Below are positions 37,786-47,405 of a stretch of 64,000 bases of DNA, in pieces. Position 1 is the stretch's first letter. Each line of letters begins with the position of its first letter. The notes below the pieces were generated by a model. That model was not told the DNA's origin. It saw only the letters and a program-made list of their open reading frames with translations, and made no database searches. This DNA is from Candidatus Dormiibacterota bacterium (GTDB lineage: Bacteria > Chloroflexota > Dormibacteria > Aeolococcales > Bog-877): contig CAWDQV010000001.1 in the NCBI GenBank assembly GCA_963804565.1, positions 320,214 to 384,213 on the forward strand, written 5' to 3'. The position numbers and the translations under genes are program-made.

Positions 37786-38872
37786 CTACGAATCCTCTCC
37801 TTGGGCCCGAATGTCGATCCGCCAGCCGGTCAGCCGGGCCGCCAGCCTGGCATTCTGGCCCTCTTTGCCAATCGCCAAGGAGAGGCTCTGAGGGGCCACC
37901 AGGACAGTCGCCCGATGGGCCGCTTGATCGAGGTGCACCGAGATCACCGGGGCCGGCGAAAGCGCCCGGGCAACCAGCTCAGCGGGATCTCCAGACCACT
38001 CCAAGATGTCCACCTTCTCGCCGTTCAGTTCCTCGACCACCGAGCGAATCCGCACCCCCTTGGGCCCGATGCAAGCTCCCTTGGGGTCGATCCCTTGGCG
38101 CAGCGATTCCACCGCCACCTTGCTGCGCTCACCAGCTTCGCGGGAGATCGCCTTCACCACCACCGAGCCGTCGGTCAGTTCGGGGACCTCGGCCTCCAGC
38201 AACCGCCGAAGAAGAAGCACGTTTGACCGGGACGCCCGGACCTGAAGCATCTCCTCCCCCGCTCCCGGGTGGGACTCCATCAAGACCACTTTCAAGTGCC
38301 GCCCTCGAATCAGTCGCTCGCCCCGAATCTGTTCCGCTGGTGGCAGGTAAGCCTGGAGCTCGCCGGCCCGAAGAAGCACGGTCCCGTCCTCAGCTCGCTC
38401 CACGATGCTCGCCACCAGCAGGCCGCGGCTGGCCTCCGCCTTGCCCTCCAGGCGAGAGCGCTTGGCTTCGCGCACCCGCTGCCCGACCGCGGCTTTCACC
38501 AGCCGGGCAGCCCGGGCAGCGACTGCTTTCGGGAACCTCGGCCGGCTGCCTCACCGAACAGCCCACTTCGGCCAGCGGATCCAGCTCCAGGGCCTGCCCC
38601 AGGGAGATCTCGGCATCACTCGCCGGTTCCCCTTCGACAACCGTCCGGAGCAACTCCACCACCAGCCGACCGGTCTCCGGGTCGAGCTTTACGTCGATCC
38701 GGGGCAAGCTCGGATCAAGTTGCGTCCAAGCGGTCGGGATGGCCGACTCGATCGCCTCCACCACACCACCCGTCGGAACACCGTGGACTTCCCTAAGGGT
38801 CCGCAGAACCTCACCTAGTTCCCCGGCGCTTCCCTCGGATGCACTTGGGACGGAACCGGCCGCCGTCTTCAA
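37786..38872 (-). CDS. nusA: Transcription termination/antitermination factor NusA (one frameshift near 38500-38530)
   Basis: N-terminal domain in ORF 38390..38872 (ELGEVLRTLREVHGVPTGGVVEAIESAI..). S1/KH part in ORF 37786..38499 (..GIDPKGACIGPKGVRIRSVVEELNGEKVDI..AIGKEGQNARLAARLTGWRIDI). Confidence 0.9.
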
Positions 38873-39348
38873 AGGTCGACCACGACCCGGGCCGCGGCCA
38901 CGGCCTCCCGGCTGACCCTCCAGGAACGCAGCCTCGCCCCTTTGGTTCGGCGGACTTCGAGGTCCATCTCCGTCGGGCCGAGCGAGATGAGTCTCCCCTC
39001 CACCACCGTCTGGGAATCACCGTCTCGAAGGGTCAGGCGGACCTTGCGTCCGAGTGCGGCGGCGAAGTCCTCATCTGAAGAGAGCGCTCGCTCTGCACCG
39101 GGCGAAGAGACCTCGAGCGCATACGGACCAGGCAGCAGCTCCTCGCGACGATCGAGCAGAGCGGAGAGCGCCTCGCTGGCCTGACCGCATTCATCGATGG
39201 TGACTCCCCCAGGGCGATCGACGGTGACTCGCAGAACAGACCGTCCTTTGCCGGGATGCCAAGCCACATCGATTAACTGCAGTCCCAGCTGGGTGGTGAC
39301 CGGCTCGAGCAGGTCCCTGACCAGCTCCACCGCCGACTCGTGAGCCAC
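38869..39348 (-). CDS. rimP: Ribosome maturation factor RimP
   Basis: GTG at 39348. VAHESAVELVRDLLEPVTTQLGLQLIDVAW..VLRVTVDRPGGVTIDECGQASEALSALLD..YALEVSSPGAERAL. The longer ORF start overlaps secDF and looks spurious. Confidence 0.88.
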   Translation of the reverse strand: MAHESAVELVRDLLEPVTTQLGLQLIDVAWHPGKGRSVLRVTVDRPGGVTIDECGQASEALSALLDRREELLPGPYALEVSSPGAERALSSDEDFAAALGRKVRLTLRDGDSQTVVEGRLISLGPTEMDLEVRRTKGARLRSWRVSREAVAAARVVVDL

Positions 39349-39457
39349 GTATTTCAGCCTCAGGTAAACGGGAATCCAGGCATGTCCCGCCCTCGGGTAA
39401 GGAGGTGTACCCGGCTGCCTCCGTGGCGCGATTCTAACCTTGGGAGGGTGCTGGTCG

Positions 39458-42019
39458 TTAGTGGCGCGCTGCGGTTGCTGCCCCAGCCGGAACTCGTGCC
39501 GTGCTGCGTCGGGCCAAGCGACGGTCGAGCCCACGCCAGGCGGTCAGGAGCGTCGCCGCGTTGAAGATCGAGCTGTAAGTCCCAGAGACGATTCCTACCA
39601 GCAACGCCAGCACGAATCCCTGGATGGACGCTCCGCCGAAGAGGAAAAGGGTCAACAGCACGAAGACCACGGTAAGCGAAGTGTTGAGCGAGCGCGACAG
39701 GGTCTGCGCGATCGACAGGTTGACCACCTGGTCGAAGTTCATCCGTGATCCCTGTACTCTCAGGTTCTCGCGAATCCGGTCGAATACCACGATGGTGTCG
39801 TGGACGGAGAAGCCGACCACGGTGAGAACGGCGGTGACGAACAACGTGTTGACCTGCCCGAGCAGGCTGAAGTGACCCAATATCGCCCAGATTCCCACCA
39901 GCACGAAGATGTCGTGGAGCAGGGCTGCCATGGCACAGAGCGCAAATCGGCGGGCCCGGATCTGGGTGCCGGCGAACCGCAATGCCAGGTAACAGGAGAT
40001 CAGAACCGCCGAAATTATCACGAGGAATACCGAGCCCACCACCAGGCTGCTGGCGATTGTCGGCCCGACGGTTGACTCACTCTCCGTGAGCGGGTTGCCG
40101 GAGCTGTCCTTGGGCAGGTCGAAATGGTCGTTGACAGCGCGCAGGATGGTGTCGACCTTGCTGGTCACGATGGGCAAGGTCGTGATCACGTAGGTGTTGC
40201 CGCCCTCCCCCTCAACGGTGGCCTGCCCTGGGCGATAGGCAGAAAGGGCGACCCTCTGAACCGCGGCCGCGGTCGTGTGAACCTTTGGGTGGACGGTGAG
40301 GCTCACCCCGCCAGTGAAGTCGACCCCTAGGTTGAACCCGCCGATCAAGATGGCGAAGATGCCGGGGACGATGATCGCGAGTGAGGCCGCGAAGTAGGCG
40401 TTGCGGTGAGTCACCACGTCAAACCGCCCGCCACTGCGGAACTGCTTGGCTAGATTCTCGTGGGGCAGGATCCGCGTGTATAGGCCGGGGCGCCTGGCAA
40501 AGCTGAACCAGCGCTGCACGTAATGCAGCAGCGAGTGGGTGATCACGATCGACGAGAACATGCTCGCGGCCACCCCGATGAAGAGGGTCAGCGCGAAGCC
40601 CTGTACCTCCGTGGAGCCAAAGAAGTACAGGACAGTGCAAGTGATCATGGTGGAGATGTTGGAGTCGCGAATCGCGGGCCAGGCGCGGCGGAAGCCGTAC
40701 TCGGTGGCCAACTCCAATGGTCGATCTTGGCGCAGTTCTTCCTTCATTCGCTCAAAAATGAGCACGTTGGCATCAACCGCCATGCCCACGCTGAGGATGA
40801 ATCCCGCCAACCCGGGGAGCGTCAAAACCACCGGGATCAACTTGAAAACCGCGAGAACGATTGCTGCGTAGAAGAGCAGAGCGACGCTGGCCAGGAAACC
40901 GGGGAACCGGTAGTACAGCATCATGAAGATGACGACAAGGAGCAGTCCGAATGCCCCAGCGGACAGGCTCTGCTGAACTGATTGCTTGCCCAGGCTGGCG
41001 GACACCCCGCTCACACCCTCGACCTGAATCTGGGCTGGCAACGCGCCGGCGTTGATGTCGTCTACCAGCCTGGTCGCGCTGTTGAAGGTGAAGTTCCCGG
41101 TGATCTGAGTCTGGTTGCTGCTGGGACTCGCGACCGCGGGCGCGGTCAGCACCTGACCATCCAGGAAGATGGCCAACTGCGAGGTGGGGGGCGCGGAGGT
41201 GGTCGTTCCGCCAGTCGCCGAGCAGCCGGGGTTCTCTTTGCAGGCTGCGGTGGTCAGCTTCGACCACACCGCTGCTCCCTGACTGTTGAAATCGATGTCG
41301 ACGGCGTAACCGCCGGCAGCCTGGGCGACAGCCGCCGAGGTCACGTCAGACGCAGGCAGGCTGGGCACGATCTTCCAGTGGTAGGCCTGACCCGTGCTGG
41401 TGTCGACTGGATAGTAGAGCGTGTTGCTGAACTGGCAGGTCGACTTGGGGTGGGCCGGGGGCCAGCACCCCGCCGGAACCAACTGCTTTTGATCGGCACA
41501 GGTTTTGGTCGAGCAGACTCCGGGTGAACCGTTCACCGACGGCTTCCCCGCCACCGGGGTGGCGAAGTGCAGCTCCGCAGTCTGCCCCAAGGCCGCCTCA
41601 GCGGTGGCCACGTCAACTCCCGGGAGCTGAACCAGTATTTGGCTTGTGCCCTGGGTCTGGAGCTGTGCCCCGGAAACACCCAGGGTGTCGACCCGCTTCT
41701 GCAAGATGGTGAGGGTGTCGGCCTGAGCCTCAGCCAGGGTCCTGCCCTTCGGTATCCCACTTGTGCAGCCGATCCCGACCGGGTTATCGGGGCCCTGACA
41801 GATTTGGATCGTCAGAGAGGTACCGCCCTGGAGGTCCAGGCCCCGGTGGATATAGATCGGCGTGCCGACCAGGGTCGGCTGCTTGCCGTCGGGGAGTGAG
41901 GCGGTGGGGCTGATGTGCTTGACCAGCACGTTGTAGATGGGGCCATAGGCATCGATGAAGATCGCGCCCAGGACGAGCACTACTACCAGCGCCAACCACC
42001 AACGGCTGATCCGGATCAT
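39458..42019 (-). CDS. secDF: Fused protein translocase subunit SecDF
   Basis: Intact 853-aa ORF. GLDLQGGTSL, SecD periplasmic domain, 12 TM segments. The second half is SecF-like (..TVGPTIASSL..). Confidence 0.93.
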   Translation of the reverse strand: MIRISRWWLALVVVLVLGAIFIDAYGPIYNVLVKHISPTASLPDGKQPTLVGTPIYIHRGLDLQGGTSLTIQICQGPDNPVGIGCTSGIPKGRTLAEAQADTLTILQKRVDTLGVSGAQLQTQGTSQILVQLPGVDVATAEAALGQTAELHFATPVAGKPSVNGSPGVCSTKTCADQKQLVPAGCWPPAHPKSTCQFSNTLYYPVDTSTGQAYHWKIVPSLPASDVTSAAVAQAAGGYAVDIDFNSQGAAVWSKLTTAACKENPGCSATGGTTTSAPPTSQLAIFLDGQVLTAPAVASPSSNQTQITGNFTFNSATRLVDDINAGALPAQIQVEGVSGVSASLGKQSVQQSLSAGAFGLLLVVIFMMLYYRFPGFLASVALLFYAAIVLAVFKLIPVVLTLPGLAGFILSVGMAVDANVLIFERMKEELRQDRPLELATEYGFRRAWPAIRDSNISTMITCTVLYFFGSTEVQGFALTLFIGVAASMFSSIVITHSLLHYVQRWFSFARRPGLYTRILPHENLAKQFRSGGRFDVVTHRNAYFAASLAIIVPGIFAILIGGFNLGVDFTGGVSLTVHPKVHTTAAAVQRVALSAYRPGQATVEGEGGNTYVITTLPIVTSKVDTILRAVNDHFDLPKDSSGNPLTESESTVGPTIASSLVVGSVFLVIISAVLISCYLALRFAGTQIRARRFALCAMAALLHDIFVLVGIWAILGHFSLLGQVNTLFVTAVLTVVGFSVHDTIVVFDRIRENLRVQGSRMNFDQVVNLSIAQTLSRSLNTSLTVVFVLLTLFLFGGASIQGFVLALLVGIVSGTYSSIFNAATLLTAWRGLDRRLARRSTARVPAGAATAARH

Positions 42020-42112
42020 CGCGCCGAGCTCGCCTGTGCAGAGGTCAAGTGCATTTGAGGAATCATGATTTTAGGGGAGGCGCCACTCTCGCTCGGAAAT
42101 TATGGTCGGAGT

Positions 42113-43237
42113 TCAGGAATCCACCCCCCGGACTAGTCCTCGACGATGTCGTTCGATGAAGTCCTGAAGCTGGCGCTCCTCGATCGCCTTCCGCGCCCCG
42201 GCCATCAGGCGACCAAGGTGCCACAGGTTGTGGAGGCTGAGAAGTCGGTGGGCCAGAATCTCGCCAGCAAGGTAGAGGTGGCGCAGATAGGCGCGGCTGA
42301 ACCCTGCACAGGCGGGGCATTTGCAAGCTCCGTCAAGCGGCTCGCCGTCCCGGCGGAACCTGGCCTGGCGCAGCGAAAGCCTGCCTCGGTTGGTGAGTGC
42401 CGTCCCGGTCCTCGCCAGTCGGGTGGGGAGCACGCAGTCGAATAGATCGACCCCCCGCGACACCGCGTCCAGCAGGTCGAGGTCGGTGCCCAGTCCCATC
42501 AAGTAGCGGGGCAGGTTGTCAGGCAGGTGGCCCACACAGGCGTCGATGGCGGGCTGCCTGACCTGGGGTGGCTCGCCCAGGACAAGCCCTCCGATTGCGG
42601 CCCCGTCGAAGCCCAGATTCGCGATCACCTCGGCTGACTCGGCCCGGCGCCCGACATCGAACCCTCCCTGGATGATCCCGAAGAGAAGCGATGAGCCGGT
42701 ATCTACCTGGCGGCACCTGGCAGCCCAGAGGTGGGTTCGCCGGGTGGCCTCCTCGGCCACGGGCGCCGAGCTGCCGAATGGAACCGGCTGGTCCAAGGCC
42801 ATGATCACGTCGCTGCCCAACTTGAGCTGGCCCTCGACCACCGATCGGGGGCTGAGCTTGATCGTGTCCCCGTCGTAGGGCGACCGGAAGGTCACGCCCT
42901 CATCGTCGAGCTCGACGAGCTGGCCCAGGCTCACAAGCTGGTAGCCTCCGCTATCGGTCAGGAGCGACCCGCTCCAGCCCATGAACCGGTGCAGCCCTCC
43001 CATCTCCGTGATCAAATCGACTCCCGGGCGCAACGAGAGGTGGTAGAAGTTCGCCAGCAGCATCTCCGCTCCTGACTGGGTCACCTCAGCCGGATCACAG
43101 GCCTTCACCGCCGCGTGAGTGCCGACCGGCATGAAGGCGGGGGTCTCGACCTGGCCGTGTGCGGTCTGCAAGGTGCCCCGGCGGGCCCTCCCGTCCCGGG
43201 TCAAGACGTTGAAACGATCAGACGTGGCGAGGCTCAA
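42113..43237 (-). CDS. tgt: Queuine tRNA-ribosyltransferase
   Basis: ..GTLQTAHGQVETPAFMPVGTHAAVKA..LTDSGGYQ..C-x-C-x2-C zinc site (GACKCPACAG). Confidence 0.95.
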   Translation of the reverse strand: MSLATSDRFNVLTRDGRARRGTLQTAHGQVETPAFMPVGTHAAVKACDPAEVTQSGAEMLLANFYHLSLRPGVDLITEMGGLHRFMGWSGSLLTDSGGYQLVSLGQLVELDDEGVTFRSPYDGDTIKLSPRSVVEGQLKLGSDVIMALDQPVPFGSSAPVAEEATRRTHLWAARCRQVDTGSSLLFGIIQGGFDVGRRAESAEVIANLGFDGAAIGGLVLGEPPQVRQPAIDACVGHLPDNLPRYLMGLGTDLDLLDAVSRGVDLFDCVLPTRLARTGTALTNRGRLSLRQARFRRDGEPLDGACKCPACAGFSRAYLRHLYLAGEILAHRLLSLHNLWHLGRLMAGARKAIEERQLQDFIERHRRGLVRGVDS

Positions 43238-44283
43238 GGGTTACGCCAGCCGAACATGCAGTCTCCGAAACTGAGGAAGCGGTACCCTCGATCAAGGGCG
43301 GCCTGGTAGGCGGCGCGAATCCGGTCTCTCCCGTAGAAGGCGCTGACCAAGACCAGCAGTGACGACCGTGGCTGATGAAAGTTGGTCAGCAGCCCGTCGA
43401 CCACCCGGAGCTGTTCCGGCGAACGCAGGTAGAGATCCGTCTCACCATCTCCCGCTACCACTCTTCCGGTGTCGTTCGAACCGGACTCCAAACAGCGCAC
43501 CACCGTCGTGCCCACGGCGACCAGCCGGCCTCCCCCATCCCGGGCTTGATTTACCTCAGCTGCGGCACCAGATGAGATCCGAAAGCGCTCCGAATGCATC
43601 GGGTGTTCCTCGATCGTCGCAGCCCTGATCGGTGCGAAGGTTGCGATCCCAACTTCGAGCTGGATCCGGACGATTCGCGCCCCTACAGCCTCGATCTCCT
43701 CCAGTAGCCGTTCTGTGATGTGAAGCCCGGCTGTAGGCGCGGCCGCGGATACCGCGGGCCCCTGCGAGTAGACCGTCTGGTAGCGCTCGGGGTCACTAAG
43801 CCCCTCCTTCAGATATGGGGGCAGAGGGACCTCTCCGATCTCCTCGATGTCGACCCCAGGGTCGGCTTCGACCTTGACCTCGCGGCCTGCCACGTGTCCC
43901 TTCCAGAGCGACTCGACGAGCACCCGCCAGCCCTTGCCCTCGAGGGCCGTCCCCGGTACAAGCCGCCGGGACGGGCGGGCCAGCGCCCGGTACCGGCTGG
44001 CCCCCAGATCACGGAGCAAGAGCACCTCGCCGGCACGCCCGTCGACCGCGCCTCGCAGCCGGGCAGCACGGACGCGAGTGTCGTTCACCACCAGGCAATC
44101 CCCGGGCCGGAGAAGGTGGGGCAATCGTTCAACCCGCGAGTCCTCCCAGCCGCCGTCGGAGTTCAGCACGAGCATTCGGCTGGAACTGCGGTCCGCCAGC
44201 GGCTGCTGGGCTATCGCGGTGGCGGGGAGCAGATAGTCGAACTCCGCGCTGGGAGTCCCCCCTGACTCAGTCCTCGCCGGCAA
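43234..44283 (-). CDS. queA: S-adenosylmethionine:tRNA ribosyltransferase-isomerase
   Basis: FDYLLPATAIAQQPLADRSSSRMLVL..GEVPLPPYL..VAVGTTVVR..LTNFHQPRSSLL. Confidence 0.95.
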   Translation of the reverse strand: MPARTESGGTPSAEFDYLLPATAIAQQPLADRSSSRMLVLNSDGGWEDSRVERLPHLLRPGDCLVVNDTRVRAARLRGAVDGRAGEVLLLRDLGASRYRALARPSRRLVPGTALEGKGWRVLVESLWKGHVAGREVKVEADPGVDIEEIGEVPLPPYLKEGLSDPERYQTVYSQGPAVSAAAPTAGLHITERLLEEIEAVGARIVRIQLEVGIATFAPIRAATIEEHPMHSERFRISSGAAAEVNQARDGGGRLVAVGTTVVRCLESGSNDTGRVVAGDGETDLYLRSPEQLRVVDGLLTNFHQPRSSLLVLVSAFYGRDRIRAAYQAALDRGYRFLSFGDCMFGWRNP

Positions 44284-45325
44284 AGAGGTCCGTTGCCTGA
44301 GCCATCACTGCGCCGGGGGCCTCGGCCGGGACGGTCAGACCCAGGTGGCGGTAAGCGCCACCGGTGGCGACCCGTCCCCTGGGCGTCCTGGCCAGGAACC
44401 CCAGCTGGATCAGATATGGCTCCAGCACCTCCTCAATGGTGTGCGGCTCTTCGGCCAGGGCGGCTCCAAGTGTGCCGAGGCCGACGGGTCCTCCACCAAA
44501 TTGCTCGCAGATCAGCCGAAGAAGCCGTCGATCCGAGGCGTCCAAGCCCTGCTCATCCACAGCCATCAGACGGAGAGCTTCGGCCGCGAGCTGCTCGCTG
44601 ACCGTGCCATCTCCACGCACCTGGGCGTAGTCGCGGACTCTCCGCAGCAAGCGGTTGGCAACTCTCGGCGTGCCCCTTGATCGGCTGGCCAAGAGCACCA
44701 CCGCCTCATCTTCGATCGGCACCTGTAGCAGGCCCGCCGATCGCCTGACGATGGTCGCCAGCTCATCCTTGGAGTAGAACTCCAGCCGGAACGTAGCGCC
44801 GAAGCGATCTCGAAGCGGGGCAGAGATCATCCCCACCATCGTGGTGGCGCCGATCACCGTGAACCGCTGGAGGGAGATTCTGAGCGCTTGAGCCCCGACC
44901 CCCTTCCCCGAGACGAAGTCGAAGGAGAACTCCTCCATCGCTGGATAGAGGCTCTCCTCGACAACTCGCTGCAGACGGTGGACTTCATCTATGAATAGAA
45001 CGTCGCCCTCCCCAAGGCTGGTCAGCAGGCTTGCCAGAGCACCTTGGAACTCGATGGCGGGGCCACTGGTGACCCGCATTGCCACCCCTGTTTCGGCGGC
45101 GACGATGTTGGCGAGGGTGGTCTTTCCCAGGCCCGGGGGACCCGATAGCAGTAGGTGCTCGATCGGTTCACCTCGAGAACGGGCGGCATCGATGAGAATT
45201 GCCAACTGCTCACGAACCTGCTCCTGACCGACAAACTCCTCCAAGCGCCGAGGGCGAAGCTGGCGGTCGATCTCTGGTTCGTCCCCAACAGTGTCAGGAG
45301 CCAGCAACCGCTCCTCATTTATCAC
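44267..45325 (-). CDS. ruvB: Holliday junction helicase RuvB
   Basis: LRPRRLEEFVGQEQVREQL..LLSGPPGLGKTTLA..DVLFIDEVHRL.. Confidence 0.96.
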   Translation of the reverse strand: MINEERLLAPDTVGDEPEIDRQLRPRRLEEFVGQEQVREQLAILIDAARSRGEPIEHLLLSGPPGLGKTTLANIVAAETGVAMRVTSGPAIEFQGALASLLTSLGEGDVLFIDEVHRLQRVVEESLYPAMEEFSFDFVSGKGVGAQALRISLQRFTVIGATTMVGMISAPLRDRFGATFRLEFYSKDELATIVRRSAGLLQVPIEDEAVVLLASRSRGTPRVANRLLRRVRDYAQVRGDGTVSEQLAAEALRLMAVDEQGLDASDRRLLRLICEQFGGGPVGLGTLGAALAEEPHTIEEVLEPYLIQLGFLARTPRGRVATGGAYRHLGLTVPAEAPGAVMAQATDLFAGED

Positions 45326-45951
45326 AGCGCACTCCTGATCCCGAACTGGCCTAGCCGCTGGAGGGCCGACTTCACCACATCCTCCAATGTCCTCTGAGCG
45401 CCATCGGATCCGGCCGGGCTCTTCAATGTCTCACCCACAGCTTGCCTCGCCTCGCCGACTGGGAACCCGAGCGCCACCAAGGCCGCGGTCGCGCGCTCGC
45501 CCTGCGGCCCATCGCCGCCCACCGGTGCTGCGACTCCCGGCCCCGCCAACTGATCGACCCGACCCTTCAGTTCCAGGACGATCCTCTGGGCCGTCTTGGC
45601 TCCAATTCCGGGGACCGAGGCGAGGAGCGCGTGATCCTCGCTGACAATCGCCGCCACGAGAGACGGCCACTCCGCCCGGGCCAGGATCGCCAGAGCCGCC
45701 TTGGGTCCGATACGCTCCACCGTCAAGAGGTCGCGGAAGAAGACCAACTCCTGTTCGGTCAGGAAGCCGTACAGTGAGATGGAGTCCTCTCGAACCACCG
45801 TGTGGATGTGGAGGCTGACCTCTCCGGAAGCACTCAACAATTGAGCAGCCGTCCGGGGGTGGACGTAAACCTGGTAGCCGACCCCCCTCACCTCGATGAC
45901 CGCCCACTCCTCGTCGATCCTCGCCACCGCCCCACGAAGCGATGCGATCAA
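45322..45951 (-). CDS. ruvA: Holliday junction DNA-binding protein RuvA
   Basis: TTG at 45951 (4-nt overlap with the ruvC stop). LIASLRGAVARIDEEWAVIEVRGVGYQVYV.., HhH motifs. The 287-aa ORF start is a spurious extension. Confidence 0.9.
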   Translation of the reverse strand: MIASLRGAVARIDEEWAVIEVRGVGYQVYVHPRTAAQLLSASGEVSLHIHTVVREDSISLYGFLTEQELVFFRDLLTVERIGPKAALAILARAEWPSLVAAIVSEDHALLASVPGIGAKTAQRIVLELKGRVDQLAGPGVAAPVGGDGPQGERATAALVALGFPVGEARQAVGETLKSPAGSDGAQRTLEDVVKSALQRLGQFGIRSAL

Positions 45952-46451
45952 GGCTGGGCCCCGGCCGCCACCGCCCTCCTGAGCCCTGCCGCGTGCTGGT
46001 GACAGATGCCGACCGCGCAGGCATCGGCGATGTCGTCCGGGCGGAGCGGAACCCCCTCTCCGAGGAGCATCCGTACCAGCCTGCCGACCTGCTGTTTGGG
46101 GGCCGACCCGCTCCCGGTGACCGCCTGCTTTACCTCGTTGGGGGTGTATTCGTGGAGCTGAATTCCGGCTCTGGCGGCGGCGCACACCAGCACGCCGCGA
46201 GCCTGGCTCACCGCCATCGCCGTGGACACGTTGCGGCTGAAATAGAGACGCTCTAGCGAAACCGCCTCCGGACGCTGGGTAGCCACCAGTTCGGCGAAGC
46301 TATCCCAGAGCGACAGGAGCCGCCGGCCCTGGTCGTGATCTGACGGGGTCGACCACACGCCGGCCTCCCGCAACGTGACGCGACCGCTTCCACCGTCGAT
46401 CAGGGCCCAGCCGGTTAGAGCAATTCCCGGGTCCAATCCCAGGACTAGCAA
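45948..46451 (-). CDS. ruvC: Crossover junction endodeoxyribonuclease RuvC
   Basis: MLVLGLDPGIALTGWALID..EAVSLERLYF..NEVKQAVTGSGSAPKQQV..DIADACAVGICH. Confidence 0.93.
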   Translation of the reverse strand: MLVLGLDPGIALTGWALIDGGSGRVTLREAGVWSTPSDHDQGRRLLSLWDSFAELVATQRPEAVSLERLYFSRNVSTAMAVSQARGVLVCAAARAGIQLHEYTPNEVKQAVTGSGSAPKQQVGRLVRMLLGEGVPLRPDDIADACAVGICHQHAAGLRRAVAAGAQP

Positions 46452-46492
46452 GGTGTCGCCCCCAGCCGCCCCCGGGCCACGGCCTCGGCCGC

Positions 46493-47236
46493 CTAGACCT
46501 CGGCCATAACGTCGTCCGGAAGCACTGCATTGCAGTGCACCTCGCGGACGTCGTCGTCCTCGTCGAGCGCCTCCAACAGCCGGACCACCGCGGGAGCACT
46601 TTTGGAATCGACGTCGACGGTGTTGCTGGGAAGCATCGTGACCTCTGCACTCTCCACCTCGACCTTCGCCTCCTCGAGCGCCAGTCGGAGCGCCTCCAAC
46701 CGTTCTGGGGCAACGTAGACCTCGACCCCGCCGTCGTCGATCTGGACGTCGTCGGCGCCAAGTTCAATCGCCTGCAGGGCGAGCTCCTCCGGGTCCTGGG
46801 AACCCGGGTTGACGCGAATTAGCCCGGTTCGATTGAACATCCATCCGACCGAGTTGGACTCGCCCAGGCTCCCGCCGGAACGAGCGAAGAGATTGCGGAT
46901 CGCAGCCACTGTGCGGTTGCGGTTGTCACTCAGGACGTCGACTAGGATCGCTACTCCACTCGGGCCGTACCCCTCGTAGCGGATCTCTTCGATCGCCGCC
47001 CCCTGGAGTTCGCCGGTGCCCCGCTTGATGGCCCGCTCGATGTTGTCCGCCGGCATGTTGACCTCGCGCGCCTTCTGCATCGCCAGTCGGAGCCGAAAGT
47101 TGCTGTTGGGGTCGCTGCCAGACTCCCGGGCAGCAACAGTGATCTCGTTGGCGACCTTGGTGAAGGTCTGACCTTTGCGAGCGTCAACAACCGCCTTCTT
47201 GTGCTTTATCCCCGCCCACTTGGAGTGCCCAGACAC
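46493..47236 (-). CDS. yebC: YebC/PmpR-family transcriptional regulator
   Basis: MSGHSKWAGIKHKKAVVDARKGQTFTKVANEITVAARESGSDPNSNFRLR.. Confidence 0.93.
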   Translation of the reverse strand: MSGHSKWAGIKHKKAVVDARKGQTFTKVANEITVAARESGSDPNSNFRLRLAMQKAREVNMPADNIERAIKRGTGELQGAAIEEIRYEGYGPSGVAILVDVLSDNRNRTVAAIRNLFARSGGSLGESNSVGWMFNRTGLIRVNPGSQDPEELALQAIELGADDVQIDDGGVEVYVAPERLEALRLALEEAKVEVESAEVTMLPSNTVDVDSKSAPAVVRLLEALDEDDDVREVHCNAVLPDDVMAEV

Positions 47237-47405
47237 CGATTACCTCCGAGCTCGGCCGCCACTGCCCGCTGGCGGCTCGGAACGAACATACATTCCCAAC
47301 AGCTCCAGTCTACCCGGGGCTCCTCGACCAAGCCTATCAGTCCCTCAACACGATCTTCGAGGAGCGCTCGGGTCGAGTTCCCGCTTCGCTCCCATAGCCT
47401 CAGCC

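Noticed and set aside
37494-38915. Long plus-strand ORFs of 370-480 aa: 37494-38915, 47175-48608, 49803-50948, 55796-56917, 62118-63401; also 1-723 and 3780-4544
   Set aside because: Each lies exactly antisense to a well-supported conserved minus-strand gene (nusA, tyrS, methyltransferase/pheT, thrS, nit/nadE, rpoB, nusG). Each translates to Arg/Pro/Gly-rich low-complexity sequence. These are typical shadow ORFs of high-GC DNA.
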